Below are positions 16,959 through 26,014 of a stretch of DNA of 32,781 nt, piece after piece. The notes beneath the pieces were generated by a model. It saw only the letters and a program-made list of their open reading frames with translations. It did no database searches and was not told where the DNA came from. The stretch's first letter is position 1, and the number at the start of each line of letters is the position of its first letter. Both the position numbers and the translations under genes were made by a program. The DNA lies in the IMG/VR virus record IMGVR_UViG_3300048599_000811, positions 1-32,781 of that record. One strand, written 5' to 3'. The stretch is from a virus. Lineage: Duplodnaviria; Caudoviricetes.

Positions 16959-18980
16959 ATGGCTTATTCGTGGACTACTTATAACGGCTTACCTGTAATC
17001 ACCCCAGATCCAGCAACGGGCACACCTGCCAGAAACATTAACGACGCAATCAAAACACTTTCAGACAACGTTTTGACCGCAACGGAAGCGGCTTCCAATG
17101 TTGAAACCAACGTAGAAAGTTTGCAATCTAGTCTTGCAACTTTGCAAACAACGGTTGGGGCAATTGCCAATTTGTCTATCACAGAACAATATGTCATTCA
17201 CGTTGCCAAAAATGGAAACGATACAACTGGTGATGGATCTATTTTGAAGCCTTATTTGACAGTCCAAGCAGCCTTGACCGCAGTTGCCGCAACAAACGCA
17301 GCCAATTATAAAATTCAAATCGGTCCTGGTCTTTATGATGAAATTGCAACATTCACTTTCCCAACTGAAAGAGAATGTTGCCTGTCAGTGATTGGGGCAG
17401 GTTATCGTTCAGTAACGGTCATCAAAGGATTGTCATTTACCAATACAGACACAAGCCATGTCAAACGACTATTTCTAGAAAACTTTTCGATTTCCGATGA
17501 ATCGCAATGGTTTACAACTCCAAGCACAGAAGCCGGATTAAATCTAATTTCCAGCGGAACAACTTGGCTTGCAACACTTTCAAAAATGGACATCAACGGA
17601 TTTACTTCCAACATTGGCATAGCCGTTACGGGAACACATTCAAATTTGATGGGCCTTGGTTTGAAATCAGTTGGCGTTAATGCGGCTTTTGCTATTATCT
17701 GCCAAGGTGGAACAATGCAAGCGGGAGATTCCTGGTTTAGTTCTTCATCTGTAGGCAATCACGATTTGGTATTTGCCCCTGGTATGAACGTTCAAATCAA
17801 TGGTACGACAATCGGAGCATTAAAAACAGTTGGTTCAGGAAATTCTGTTGCTAACGTTTATGTTCAAAGCGGTACAGGTGGACTTTATCAATTTGGAACG
17901 TGTCTTTTTTACAATGACACAGGCAATACCATAACTTGTGATGCCACAGGGGCAGCCGTTCAAGTAGGAGAAATAACGCTAGTTCATCAGTCTGGTGGAA
18001 CGATTAGCAACGCAAATGGTGCGGTTGTAGCAGGCATAACAACAGATAATAACGGTGCTGTTATTCCTGTTTCGGCGGCAAGTGTTCTATATGCCAACAA
18101 AGCAACAACAACGGCATTTAGCCCAACAACTTCCACTAATTGGACAAGCACACCGACAACGGTGCAAAGTGCTTTGGATTCATTGGCAGCCCGTCAAGGG
18201 TCAACAACTAATCTATTGACCAACGGTGATTTCAGCAACTCAACAACTGGATGGACAACAGGCAATCAGCAAGAGCCAAACGAGGATGGAAGCGGCGGCA
18301 CCGATGCAACTTCGACTTTTTCGGTTGCCAATAATGTGTTGACGATTAACCGAAAACAATCAACAGCAACAGGGGATTGGGTGACGGGATATGCTTATCA
18401 GGCCGTTTCTGTAGCAGCAGGCACTAAAGTTAAATTAACTGGCAATTGGGCAGGTTCACCAGCGAGCAACGGCGGTAACACCACATCTTGGTGGGCTGAA
18501 ATTATGTTAGTGTCTTTGCCATCTGCTTATACTTTAACAGAATCTCCAACAACTTATGGGTTTACTGGTGTTTTTGCTTATCCGTCAACAGCCCCCACGT
18601 ATGGCAAATATGCTGGAAAAGAAACGAGCATTATCAGGGCTATTGTGTCTTATCCGGGCAACGTCGCCAACTTTGGCGGCAATGGTGGTTTGGTTGTTCA
18701 TTCAAGCAATTACTATAACTCTTTCGGAGCAAATGGGATTTCATCCGTCAACCCTACTTGGACTTCGGAAGATTTTGCAAAATGGGGATTGTATTCGTGG
18801 GAAAAAATGAAGGCCACGATGACGACAACAAAACAAGATCCTCTTTGGAGACAACAAAAAGATTGTGTCGAGCCAACGGTCATTTCAAAAGGAACTGTTT
18901 TGGTTATTCTGAAATATGGTAGCAAATACAGCAATGACGGGTCGGTCAGTTTCGGCAATTTGAAATTGACAGCAGTGTAA
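16959..18980 (+). CDS. tail fibre/spike with putative beta-helix and carbohydrate-binding domain
   Basis: Coiled-coil shaft, HVAKNGND.TGDGS..KPY.TVQAA and I.IGPG.Y (pectin-lyase-like start), TVQSALDSL linker, NLLTNGDFS...GW (CBM4/9-like start). Confidence 0.7.
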   Translation: MAYSWTTYNGLPVITPDPATGTPARNINDAIKTLSDNVLTATEAASNVETNVESLQSSLATLQTTVGAIANLSITEQYVIHVAKNGNDTTGDGSILKPYLTVQAALTAVAATNAANYKIQIGPGLYDEIATFTFPTERECCLSVIGAGYRSVTVIKGLSFTNTDTSHVKRLFLENFSISDESQWFTTPSTEAGLNLISSGTTWLATLSKMDINGFTSNIGIAVTGTHSNLMGLGLKSVGVNAAFAIICQGGTMQAGDSWFSSSSVGNHDLVFAPGMNVQINGTTIGALKTVGSGNSVANVYVQSGTGGLYQFGTCLFYNDTGNTITCDATGAAVQVGEITLVHQSGGTISNANGAVVAGITTDNNGAVIPVSAASVLYANKATTTAFSPTTSTNWTSTPTTVQSALDSLAARQGSTTNLLTNGDFSNSTTGWTTGNQQEPNEDGSGGTDATSTFSVANNVLTINRKQSTATGDWVTGYAYQAVSVAAGTKVKLTGNWAGSPASNGGNTTSWWAEIMLVSLPSAYTLTESPTTYGFTGVFAYPSTAPTYGKYAGKETSIIRAIVSYPGNVANFGGNGGLVVHSSNYYNSFGANGISSVNPTWTSEDFAKWGLYSWEKMKATMTTTKQDPLWRQQKDCVEPTVISKGTVLVILKYGSKYSNDGSVSFGNLKLTAV

Positions 18981-18988
18981 GGAGATAA

Positions 18989-19489
18989 ATGGCATTTGTT
19001 AATGACACCACAGACTCCTTTGCAACAAATACACTGGCAGAATGGGCATCTTTAAGTCTTAATTCTGCCAGTGTATCCACGTGGGTATCTACAGATAATT
19101 TCACGGATGTGGACACCGAGACTTGGGCAACACTTCCTTTGCAAGACTCTTCAACGGCAGCGGATTGGGTGTCTACAACTTTGGATCAGTGGTCAACACT
19201 CGACACCGAGGAATGGGCGGTTTTGCCATTACCACTTGAAACAATCACGCCACAAGGCACCATTGTTATTCCAGCCGGTGCCGTTGCAACTGATTTACCT
19301 AGATTTTGGGTGTCTTGTTCTCTTCAACTTCAACACCAATTAGATGACACTTTGTTTGTCTACAATTCTAAAGGCGAAAAACTTTGTTCGGAAATTCGTG
19401 AAGCTAATAGCGACGGTTTAACACGACTTGTTTTTAAGACGCCGTTGAAAGCGGCGGAAGACAACGTTTTTTATCTAAGTCTATCATAA
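18989..19489 (+). CDS. putative virion protein, WxxL repeats plus DUF2341-like C-terminal domain
   Basis: AAGGAG SD; repeats AEWASL/ETWATL/DQWSTL/EEWAVL; V.TDL..F.V..SL...L..EI...VFK.PL...FYL pattern. Confidence 0.6.
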   Translation: MAFVNDTTDSFATNTLAEWASLSLNSASVSTWVSTDNFTDVDTETWATLPLQDSSTAADWVSTTLDQWSTLDTEEWAVLPLPLETITPQGTIVIPAGAVATDLPRFWVSCSLQLQHQLDDTLFVYNSKGEKLCSEIREANSDGLTRLVFKTPLKAAEDNVFYLSLS

Positions 19490-19518
19490 ATACCTTCATA
19501 CTTAATGGAGGTTTTTTT

Positions 19519-19914
19519 ATGTCTTTAGTTTTTCCAAGTGTCGGCGACGAATTAGCAGCAAAACGTATGTTGAATATCTCAACACCTGACAATGTTGTTA
19601 TTCATTTGTATGTCAACAATTACACGCCTGTAAAAGGTTCAGTATTAGCCAATTTTACCGAGTGTACAGCCACAGGATACGCCGCAGTATCTTGCACCGC
19701 AGCAAATTGGACAGTATCCACGGTATCAGGCACAACAGAAGCGGCGTATCCCGAAATCACATGGACTTTAACGTCCGCAGCACCAATCTACGGGTACTAT
19801 GTCACTAATGCAGATAGTTCGGTTGTGATTTGGGCAGAGCAATTTGCAAGCGTTGAAAGTATCCAAGCAGGCGGCGGAAAGATCGCAATGACTCCATCCA
19901 TAATTTGTAATTAA
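19519..19914 (+). CDS. phage tail accessory / fibre-associated protein
   Basis: GGAGG SD; LVFPSVG, IHLYVNNYTP, FTE.T.TGYA, IYGYYVT, WAEQF pattern seen in phage structural proteins. Confidence 0.7.
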   Translation: MSLVFPSVGDELAAKRMLNISTPDNVVIHLYVNNYTPVKGSVLANFTECTATGYAAVSCTAANWTVSTVSGTTEAAYPEITWTLTSAAPIYGYYVTNADSSVVIWAEQFASVESIQAGGGKIAMTPSIICN

Positions 19915-19922
19915 GGAGACGA

Positions 19923-20852
19923 ATGGCGGTTTATAAAGTCAACAATATCCAGCCTGATAATATTTCTAATGGCACCTTTCGTGCTTGGGGAAGTGCTTTA
20001 TCCGCAGGTATCGCAAACGCCGGTTGGAACAAATACCAAACGAATATTGATTGGTCTACGGTATCAACACCTAATTCAACGACGTGGCAAAGTGCCGGTT
20101 ATGAAGTTTGGCAGACAACGGATAGCCTGACACCTTGGTATCTCAGAATTGACTATTGTCTTTCGCAATTCATTCGTTGTCCAGGTTTGAAATTCCAATT
20201 TGGCACCACTTGCGATGCTTCAGGCGTTATCGGCGGAAGCAATTCAGCGGTATTCCAATGTGCGGTTTCGTGGTACGCTTCCGCCTATTCAACAGAGGTC
20301 ATTGTGTGTGGTGATGGCTCTTGGCTTACAATGAGTTTGTTTTGTTCGTCTCACGCCAATTTGTCAAACAATACTGATTATGGAATCGTTTTGAATTGGG
20401 AACGTCTCAAGGATAGTGTTTGTGCCGACACCGATTTGGGAGTGTATTGTTGTACGTGTCATTATGGCACGACTTGCCAACAAGAGACGGTTTTGACTGG
20501 CTCCAATACAGGATACAAAACAACAACGAATTCAGTTGAAGGTTATGGTTGGTCGTGCTTACCGCCACCCCCATTAACCGACAATTATGAAAGCACGAAA
20601 TTGACCACAACAGAAAATATCACTTGCGGTTGGTCATCCGTTAATCCTTGGATACAAAAACATTATCCCGCTTGTCTGGGAGTTGTTTTGACACACGGAC
20701 TAATCACGCAGCCAGATAGATTATATGGTACTAATTACAGTTTTGGCGTGAAGCGAGCAGACGGGCTATATCACGTTTACATGCCTGTTTATTTATCAGC
20801 AAACATTCACAACACTTCGCCACATTGTTGGGCGGCAATTCGATACGAATAA
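19923..20852 (+). CDS. putative virion protein, tandem paralog A
   Basis: AAGGAG SD; colinear with the next gene along its length. Confidence 0.75.
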   Translation: MAVYKVNNIQPDNISNGTFRAWGSALSAGIANAGWNKYQTNIDWSTVSTPNSTTWQSAGYEVWQTTDSLTPWYLRIDYCLSQFIRCPGLKFQFGTTCDASGVIGGSNSAVFQCAVSWYASAYSTEVIVCGDGSWLTMSLFCSSHANLSNNTDYGIVLNWERLKDSVCADTDLGVYCCTCHYGTTCQQETVLTGSNTGYKTTTNSVEGYGWSCLPPPPLTDNYESTKLTTTENITCGWSSVNPWIQKHYPACLGVVLTHGLITQPDRLYGTNYSFGVKRADGLYHVYMPVYLSANIHNTSPHCWAAIRYE

Positions 20853-20860
20853 GGAGATAC

Positions 20861-21775
20861 ATGGCTTATACGGTTGTCAATGCAATGCCTTGGGTCTTAG
20901 GAACAACAGGCGATTTTTTCAATTTTGCGATTTGGGCAAATACCATTTCGGAAGGTGTTGCCGCAGCAGGTTGGGAGAAGATCCACACAAATACGCCGCT
21001 TGGGTTAATCCACGTATCGCCACCAACTTCCTACAATTGGCAAGCCGCAGCCACAGAGATTTGGAGAACGACAGACAGTCTAACGCCGTGGTATCTTAAA
21101 ATACAATATTGCAGGTCAACGAATTACAATTGTTGCGGCTTACAAATACAATTTGGGACAACGGCCGCCGATAGCGGCACGTCAGCAGGTTGGGTCTTGG
21201 GCGGCACCTATAGCTCTGTATTTCAACTGGCCTTGACTTGGTATAGCACAACCAGCACCACGCCTATGATTGTGGCGGGTGATGGTTCGTGGTTGACAAT
21301 GGCTTTGAATTGTTCCAATTCAACAGCCTATGGGCTTGTGTTTTCTTTTGAACGAATTAAAGACACATTAGGTGCCGACACAGATTTTGGTGCCGTTGCC
21401 TTTTCCTGTAGTCAAGGAACTGTCTGTCAACAAGAGACGTTGATTTTGGGTGGGCACAAATGGGGTCATTATCAAGGGTGGTCGGCAATGGCTTCGCCAG
21501 TGGGAAGCGGTACAGCCAAGACAACGAGCGGTGAAGATATAACAATCGGACTTTCAACCGTACACCCTTGGGCACAGACACATTATCCGCCTTGTCTAGG
21601 GTTGGTTTCCTATCACGGATCAACAAGCGGCACTAATCCAGATTTACTATACGGGACAAGCCATTTGTTTTCAGTTGTTCGAGCAGATGGCGTTAGCCAC
21701 CAATATCTTCCGCTTTTTTATAGCGGTATACTCAGCCAAGCACCATACCTATACGCAGCTTTGAGGTGCGAATGA
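20861..21775 (+). CDS. putative virion protein, tandem paralog B
   Basis: Start taken as ATG 20861 (AAGGAG SD); shares TTDSLTPWYL, QFGTT, GDGSWLTM, ER.KD..ADTD.G, CQQET, HYP.CLG, RADG..H.Y with paralog A. Confidence 0.78.
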   Translation: MAYTVVNAMPWVLGTTGDFFNFAIWANTISEGVAAAGWEKIHTNTPLGLIHVSPPTSYNWQAAATEIWRTTDSLTPWYLKIQYCRSTNYNCCGLQIQFGTTAADSGTSAGWVLGGTYSSVFQLALTWYSTTSTTPMIVAGDGSWLTMALNCSNSTAYGLVFSFERIKDTLGADTDFGAVAFSCSQGTVCQQETLILGGHKWGHYQGWSAMASPVGSGTAKTTSGEDITIGLSTVHPWAQTHYPPCLGLVSYHGSTSGTNPDLLYGTSHLFSVVRADGVSHQYLPLFYSGILSQAPYLYAALRCE

Positions 21776-23190
21776 CCACAACATATTTAATCTATGACGG
21801 TTCCGAATGTTTATTATCCAAACTAGAAGGTTATTGGAAAGGATCAGGGTCAATTACTTTTTCGGGTAGTGCCGAGCCACAAGCACATTTTTACAATACT
21901 GGAAATGGTTCCATTAGATTTAGTGGCACTTCAATTCCACGAATTGAAGTGTCATTGACTGGTTCAGGTGAAATTGATTTTTCGGGGATTGGCGTTAAAG
22001 GAAAATTTGGAAGCGGTACAATTCGGTTTAGTGGATCGGCTTCCAAGCCATATATGACCTTTTTCAATTCGCCTAGTGGCTCATTGTCTTTCAGTGGAAC
22101 AACGACACCAAAAATTGAATTTCAAAACACCCCAGAAGGCGGCATTGAATTCTTTGGAGCAGCTTCCCGAGGCACATGGCACAACTTAGGCCAAGGCGGA
22201 ATTGACTTTGGCGGTTCAGCCCTTTGCTATGCAATCGTCCCTTTGACCTTCAGCGGGTCGGCTGGTCTCTACTCCGAATTCAAAAACGTGGGGTCAGGCG
22301 GAATTACCTTCAGCGGTAAGGGTTCCCGTGGTTTGTTTGGATTTTCAAAAGTCAGTTGCGATTGTTCGGTTATTCCCAAGGTGGTGGGGGGAAGCATATC
22401 CTTCTATGGGGCGGCAACTGTTAGCGTTGAGCCATTGGGCGGGTTATTCTTTGGCGGCAATGCCACGGTGGATCGACCCGACGTTCTATATCACGGTTTG
22501 GCAGCTTGTTGGGCTCTCGATGACTCTTTAGGCCCTTATGCCGACCGTAGCGAATACGGGCTAAATAGCCTTGCTAGCGACGATCCTACCCAGCTTAACA
22601 CGGGTGTCGGTTGTTCTCCATGTCAGTTGTTCGATGGTAAGGCGAACTATTGCAAATTCAATTTGGATAGTCTTTCCGAGACCAAGGGGTTCACCGTCTC
22701 GTTTTGGCTCAAGCCAGAGGAATTTGCACAATCCAGAATTATCTTTGCCCGAGGAAATACGCTTTCAATTGGGCTTAGTTATTTGAACCATTTGTGGGTC
22801 AATATCACCTTAAATGACGGAAAAGACACGACAACGCACGACGTATACAGCGATGAATTATTGACTGAAGACGTTTGGTGTCATTGTGCAATAACATGGA
22901 TACCAGGGGACGGGATTTATTTTTACCGCAATGGAATTCAGATCGGCTATTCCTGCTTAATTGCAAATAGGCTTGTTTCGCCTAGTGGATTTGACTGGCT
23001 TGGCACTTCGCCAGAAGCCGGTTATCTATCCGCCTATTTGCAAGAGGTTAGGCTACACAAGACCCCACAATCACAAAGCTACCTCAAAGCCGAGTATGAT
23101 AATTTTTGTTCGCCTAATTTCTACACTGTTTCAGCGGGAAACTATTATCCCAACGATTTTAGTGATGATTTCAGCAACGATTTTTCTTAA
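21772..23190 (+). CDS. LamG / concanavalin A-like domain protein with N-terminal GxGxIxFSG repeats
   Basis: LAACWALDD, FDG, FTVSFWLKP, WCHCAITW, YRNG, LQEVRL...YLKAEYDN; more than ten GSGSITFSG-like repeats; start ATG 21772. Confidence 0.82.
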   Translation: MTTTYLIYDGSECLLSKLEGYWKGSGSITFSGSAEPQAHFYNTGNGSIRFSGTSIPRIEVSLTGSGEIDFSGIGVKGKFGSGTIRFSGSASKPYMTFFNSPSGSLSFSGTTTPKIEFQNTPEGGIEFFGAASRGTWHNLGQGGIDFGGSALCYAIVPLTFSGSAGLYSEFKNVGSGGITFSGKGSRGLFGFSKVSCDCSVIPKVVGGSISFYGAATVSVEPLGGLFFGGNATVDRPDVLYHGLAACWALDDSLGPYADRSEYGLNSLASDDPTQLNTGVGCSPCQLFDGKANYCKFNLDSLSETKGFTVSFWLKPEEFAQSRIIFARGNTLSIGLSYLNHLWVNITLNDGKDTTTHDVYSDELLTEDVWCHCAITWIPGDGIYFYRNGIQIGYSCLIANRLVSPSGFDWLGTSPEAGYLSAYLQEVRLHKTPQSQSYLKAEYDNFCSPNFYTVSAGNYYPNDFSDDFSNDFS

Positions 23191-23198
23191 AAGACAAT

Positions 23199-23232
23199 AA
23201 AAACGCCTTTGATTTTCACCAAAGGCGTTTTT
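23199..23232. terminator. bidirectional terminator ending the structural operon
   Basis: AAAAACGCCTTTG-8 nt-CAAAGGCGTTTTT between convergent genes. Confidence 0.85.
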
Positions 23233-23253
23233 CTATTCAGGATGCGATGCATT

Positions 23254-23535
23254 TTAAGATTCTACTTCTTCTTTAATATAGTGCCTTTGTCCAATATTTT
23301 CCAAAGGATTTTTCAACGGATCATATTTTGAAAATCCATGTATTAAATCGTGGCAATCGTGGCAAAGCGTCACGCAAAGGTCAGCGTCAAGCAAATTGAA
23401 GTATGACAGGTGATGCACCGTCAAATGCTTCCTTTTCTCCCCGCAACGCCTACAGCGGTAGCCGTCCCGCTTCTTTACCTCTTCCTTTTGTTCCGCCCAA
23501 AAAGGGCTATTTAGAAAAAACGAATATTCAATCAC
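23254..23535 (-). CDS. HNH endonuclease
   Basis: FLNSPFW...V..RDGYRCRRCG, LTVHHLSY, TLCHDCH..IH. Confidence 0.88.
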   Translation of the reverse strand: MIEYSFFLNSPFWAEQKEEVKKRDGYRCRRCGEKRKHLTVHHLSYFNLLDADLCVTLCHDCHDLIHGFSKYDPLKNPLENIGQRHYIKEEVES

Positions 23536-23858
23536 CCTCCCTTCCCCGGCTTTCAGCCAAAATTGTTTGTATCTCTATAAGTAGGTATCCACACCCCTAT
23601 TTTTCTTCCAAACGGCATTTTGGAAGGCAATGCCATTATTTTTCTTTCTATGGTCTTACTCCTTGTATTAAAAATTTCATTCACAAATCTTTTTTGACTT
23701 GGAATAGGTCGGGAATTATTGCTACGTAAATAGACAGTTTTGGTGTCAGTTGATTATTTTGTGAATTGAAATTATTCGCCTTGATTTGGGGTTTTGGGGA
23801 TTTACAATATGGTCGGTCAGGGCATGTCGTTCTGACAAATAACAATGGAGACAGAATT

Positions 23859-24146
23859 ATGTCAAATGAAGAGTATGTAGACCTTGGGTATGAGGCAGCA
23901 AGCAATATTGCCTCACGTGTAAATGCGGGCAACGCTTCTGACTTTGCGGCAAAATCAATTGCCGCCGATATTCAATATGCAGTCATTGGGATTGGCAAAA
24001 TTGATTATTCGGCAATTTGTAAATTGCAGGACAGATGCCGGATCGACCTATCACCGATCTTGCTATTGGATGATAAGGAACAATGCAAGGCATTTGCATT
24101 ATTTGCAGCGGGTGCGTGGAAGTATCATAAGGATAATCCAGACTAA
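23859..24146 (+). CDS. hypothetical protein
   Basis: GGAG SD before ATG 23859; followed by a terminator. Confidence 0.6.
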   Translation: MSNEEYVDLGYEAASNIASRVNAGNASDFAAKSIAADIQYAVIGIGKIDYSAICKLQDRCRIDLSPILLLDDKEQCKAFALFAAGAWKYHKDNPD

Positions 24147-24160
24147 TTTGACTCCACACC

Positions 24161-24190
24161 AAAAGGGGAGGTAATTACCTCCCCTTTTTT
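24161..24190 (+). terminator. intrinsic terminator (perfect 28-bp palindrome)
   Basis: AAAAGGGGAGGTAA/TTACCTCCCCTTTT followed by T-tract. Confidence 0.82.
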
Positions 24191-24280
24191 ATTTTCATTT
24201 TTTTTGAGAAAAAATTAAAAGATGGACACTATATAAGTGTGTAAGGTAATTAACACATTAACAAAAAGGAAAACAGGATT

Positions 24281-24706
24281 ATGAATAATAATACACAAGA
24301 CATTATTGATTGTTTGCGTCAATGTACTAACCGGATTAAAAAAGACAATAACCAAATCCAAGAGAACTTGAAAAGTCTCGCAAAAACGGTAAAGGACAAT
24401 CAGACCCAAATTGACATGCTCGACAGATTAGTTCATTTATTGAACAGGAACTCAATTGAGAAAAAAATCATTGAAATAATTGAGGAGCAATTAGCAAACA
24501 AGGATAAATGTTCTTTGTTTTTCGTTTACGAGGAGGCAAAAAACCGTGTATCTCCCACAGACCTATATAATGCTGCAATCGCAGCGGGTGTAGATACAGA
24601 CGATGGGCTTGCCAATCTAGTAACGGGAGCCAAGGTGCTAGTAGATCGGACTATAGACGGACTGTATTCAGTGGGAGCGTCAACAATTTACAGAAAAGGA
24701 GAATAA
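24281..24706 (+). CDS. hypothetical protein with N-terminal coiled coil
   Basis: First gene after the CTATATAA element; AGGA SD. Confidence 0.7.
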   Translation: MNNNTQDIIDCLRQCTNRIKKDNNQIQENLKSLAKTVKDNQTQIDMLDRLVHLLNRNSIEKKIIEIIEEQLANKDKCSLFFVYEEAKNRVSPTDLYNAAIAAGVDTDDGLANLVTGAKVLVDRTIDGLYSVGASTIYRKGE

Positions 24707-24795
24707 TGAAATTTATCGTAGGCATAATAACCGGGATATTGGCTTGCATAATAGGGCACTTTATGGCTTCTACCATTATTTTTTTAACACAATAA
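24706..24795 (+). CDS. 29-aa single-transmembrane peptide, not in ORF track
   Basis: MKFIVGIITGILACIIGHFMASTIIFLTQ; AGGAG SD and TAATG coupling; fills the intergenic gap. Confidence 0.65.
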   Translation: MKFIVGIITGILACIIGHFMASTIIFLTQ

Positions 24796-24811
24796 CCAAA
24801 ACAGGAGAATA

Positions 24812-25471
24812 ATGAAACTTTATGAACTATGCGAAATTACAGGCTTATACCCAAAAAAACTAAAACATTTGTGTTGTCACTTGGGGATTAACACAAAATC
24901 AATTACCAAGCCACAGCTTGCACGATTACAAAAAGAAATCGCCAAGTTGTCAAGCCATAATTATGGTTGCTATTCCGCAACTGAAATTGCAAAAGAAATT
25001 GGCTCGACACAACCAACGGTCAGCTTGGCGGCAACACAACATGGAATTATTCCAGCGTATGGACGATTTTTTTCAAAGGATCAAGTTGTGGAACTCAAAG
25101 CGATTTTCGCAGAACGCAAAAAATACGTGTCAGCAAATTCGATTTGTAATAAATGGCAAGTCTCACGGATACAATTGGAGTGGTGGAGAAATAAGGGCTA
25201 TTTGCCCGACCCAGGCTCTAGGGGCTACACAGCCGAGGATGCGGCAAAGGTTAATGATTTTTTTGCGATCAAATCAAAATCGGCAAATTTCCATCCTGGT
25301 TTGCGTGGATTAGGTGCCACTGAAGCCGAATTGCAGTGGGCACGACTTCATAAGGATTTAGTGAAATTACCTAAGCCTAGTTTGGCTCTAGGCGAACGCA
25401 AGGCCACGTATTATTTTGTGAAGGATTTAGAAAAGGTGTTAAAACAAATTAGAAAATTAAGGGGGGAATAA
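24812..25471 (+). CDS. protein with tandem MerR/Xis-like winged-HTH repeats
   Basis: Repeats LYELCEITG, YSATEIAKEIGSTQPTV, VSANSICNKWQVSRIQLEWWRNKGYLP, and a fourth degenerate unit ending YYFVKDL. Confidence 0.65.
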   Translation: MKLYELCEITGLYPKKLKHLCCHLGINTKSITKPQLARLQKEIAKLSSHNYGCYSATEIAKEIGSTQPTVSLAATQHGIIPAYGRFFSKDQVVELKAIFAERKKYVSANSICNKWQVSRIQLEWWRNKGYLPDPGSRGYTAEDAAKVNDFFAIKSKSANFHPGLRGLGATEAELQWARLHKDLVKLPKPSLALGERKATYYFVKDLEKVLKQIRKLRGE

Positions 25472-26004
25472 TGACAGCAAAAAAATATGGTTCGTATTGT
25501 GTATTTCTAATTGGTGTGGTTAGTTTGTTTTTGTTTTGTTTTGTAAGAATTTGGCTTTTGATTGCGTTTGATTGTGGTTGCGGAGACCACCTGAAGCGGG
25601 CAGCCGACGCAAATACAATTTCGTTAGCGAAACAGGAATTGCAAACGGCTGTCAAATATCTGGAGGATAATAAATTAACCGAGGGTTCCACAAAAATGAT
25701 TTTTGATTACCCACGATATGAATTGGGCTTTTTTTATGCAAATTTAAGGGCGTCATTAACAGAATTGGACACTATTTCGCCACAGGCTAGCCAACTTGAA
25801 AAAAGCAATGTTTTGCTGAAATTACGGGAAACGCTGATAGACCACGGATCGTATGGAGATTCGGTCACGTGTCCAGAGGGAATTACTGTATTTCCCCATC
25901 AATGGTTCTATTTACTTTGGGGTGCTGGCTCTTTGTGGGTTGTGTCTAGTTGTTTATGTGTGTGGATTCACAACAAATTTGCGGCACTAGCAAATGAACT
26001 GTAA
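25471..26004 (+). CDS. two-transmembrane membrane protein
   Basis: Hydrophobic N- and C-terminal segments flanking a helical soluble domain. Confidence 0.7.
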   Translation: MTAKKYGSYCVFLIGVVSLFLFCFVRIWLLIAFDCGCGDHLKRAADANTISLAKQELQTAVKYLEDNKLTEGSTKMIFDYPRYELGFFYANLRASLTELDTISPQASQLEKSNVLLKLRETLIDHGSYGDSVTCPEGITVFPHQWFYLLWGAGSLWVVSSCLCVWIHNKFAALANEL

Positions 26005-26014
26005 GCAAAATAAC

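Noticed and set aside
19923-21775. Diversity-generating retroelement template/variable repeat pair
   Set aside because: No reverse transcriptase in the window; the paralogs differ throughout and by indels, not only at adenines.
1112-23200. Many short antisense and alternate-frame ORFs within structural genes
   Set aside because: Shadows of well-supported genes with no recognisable motifs.
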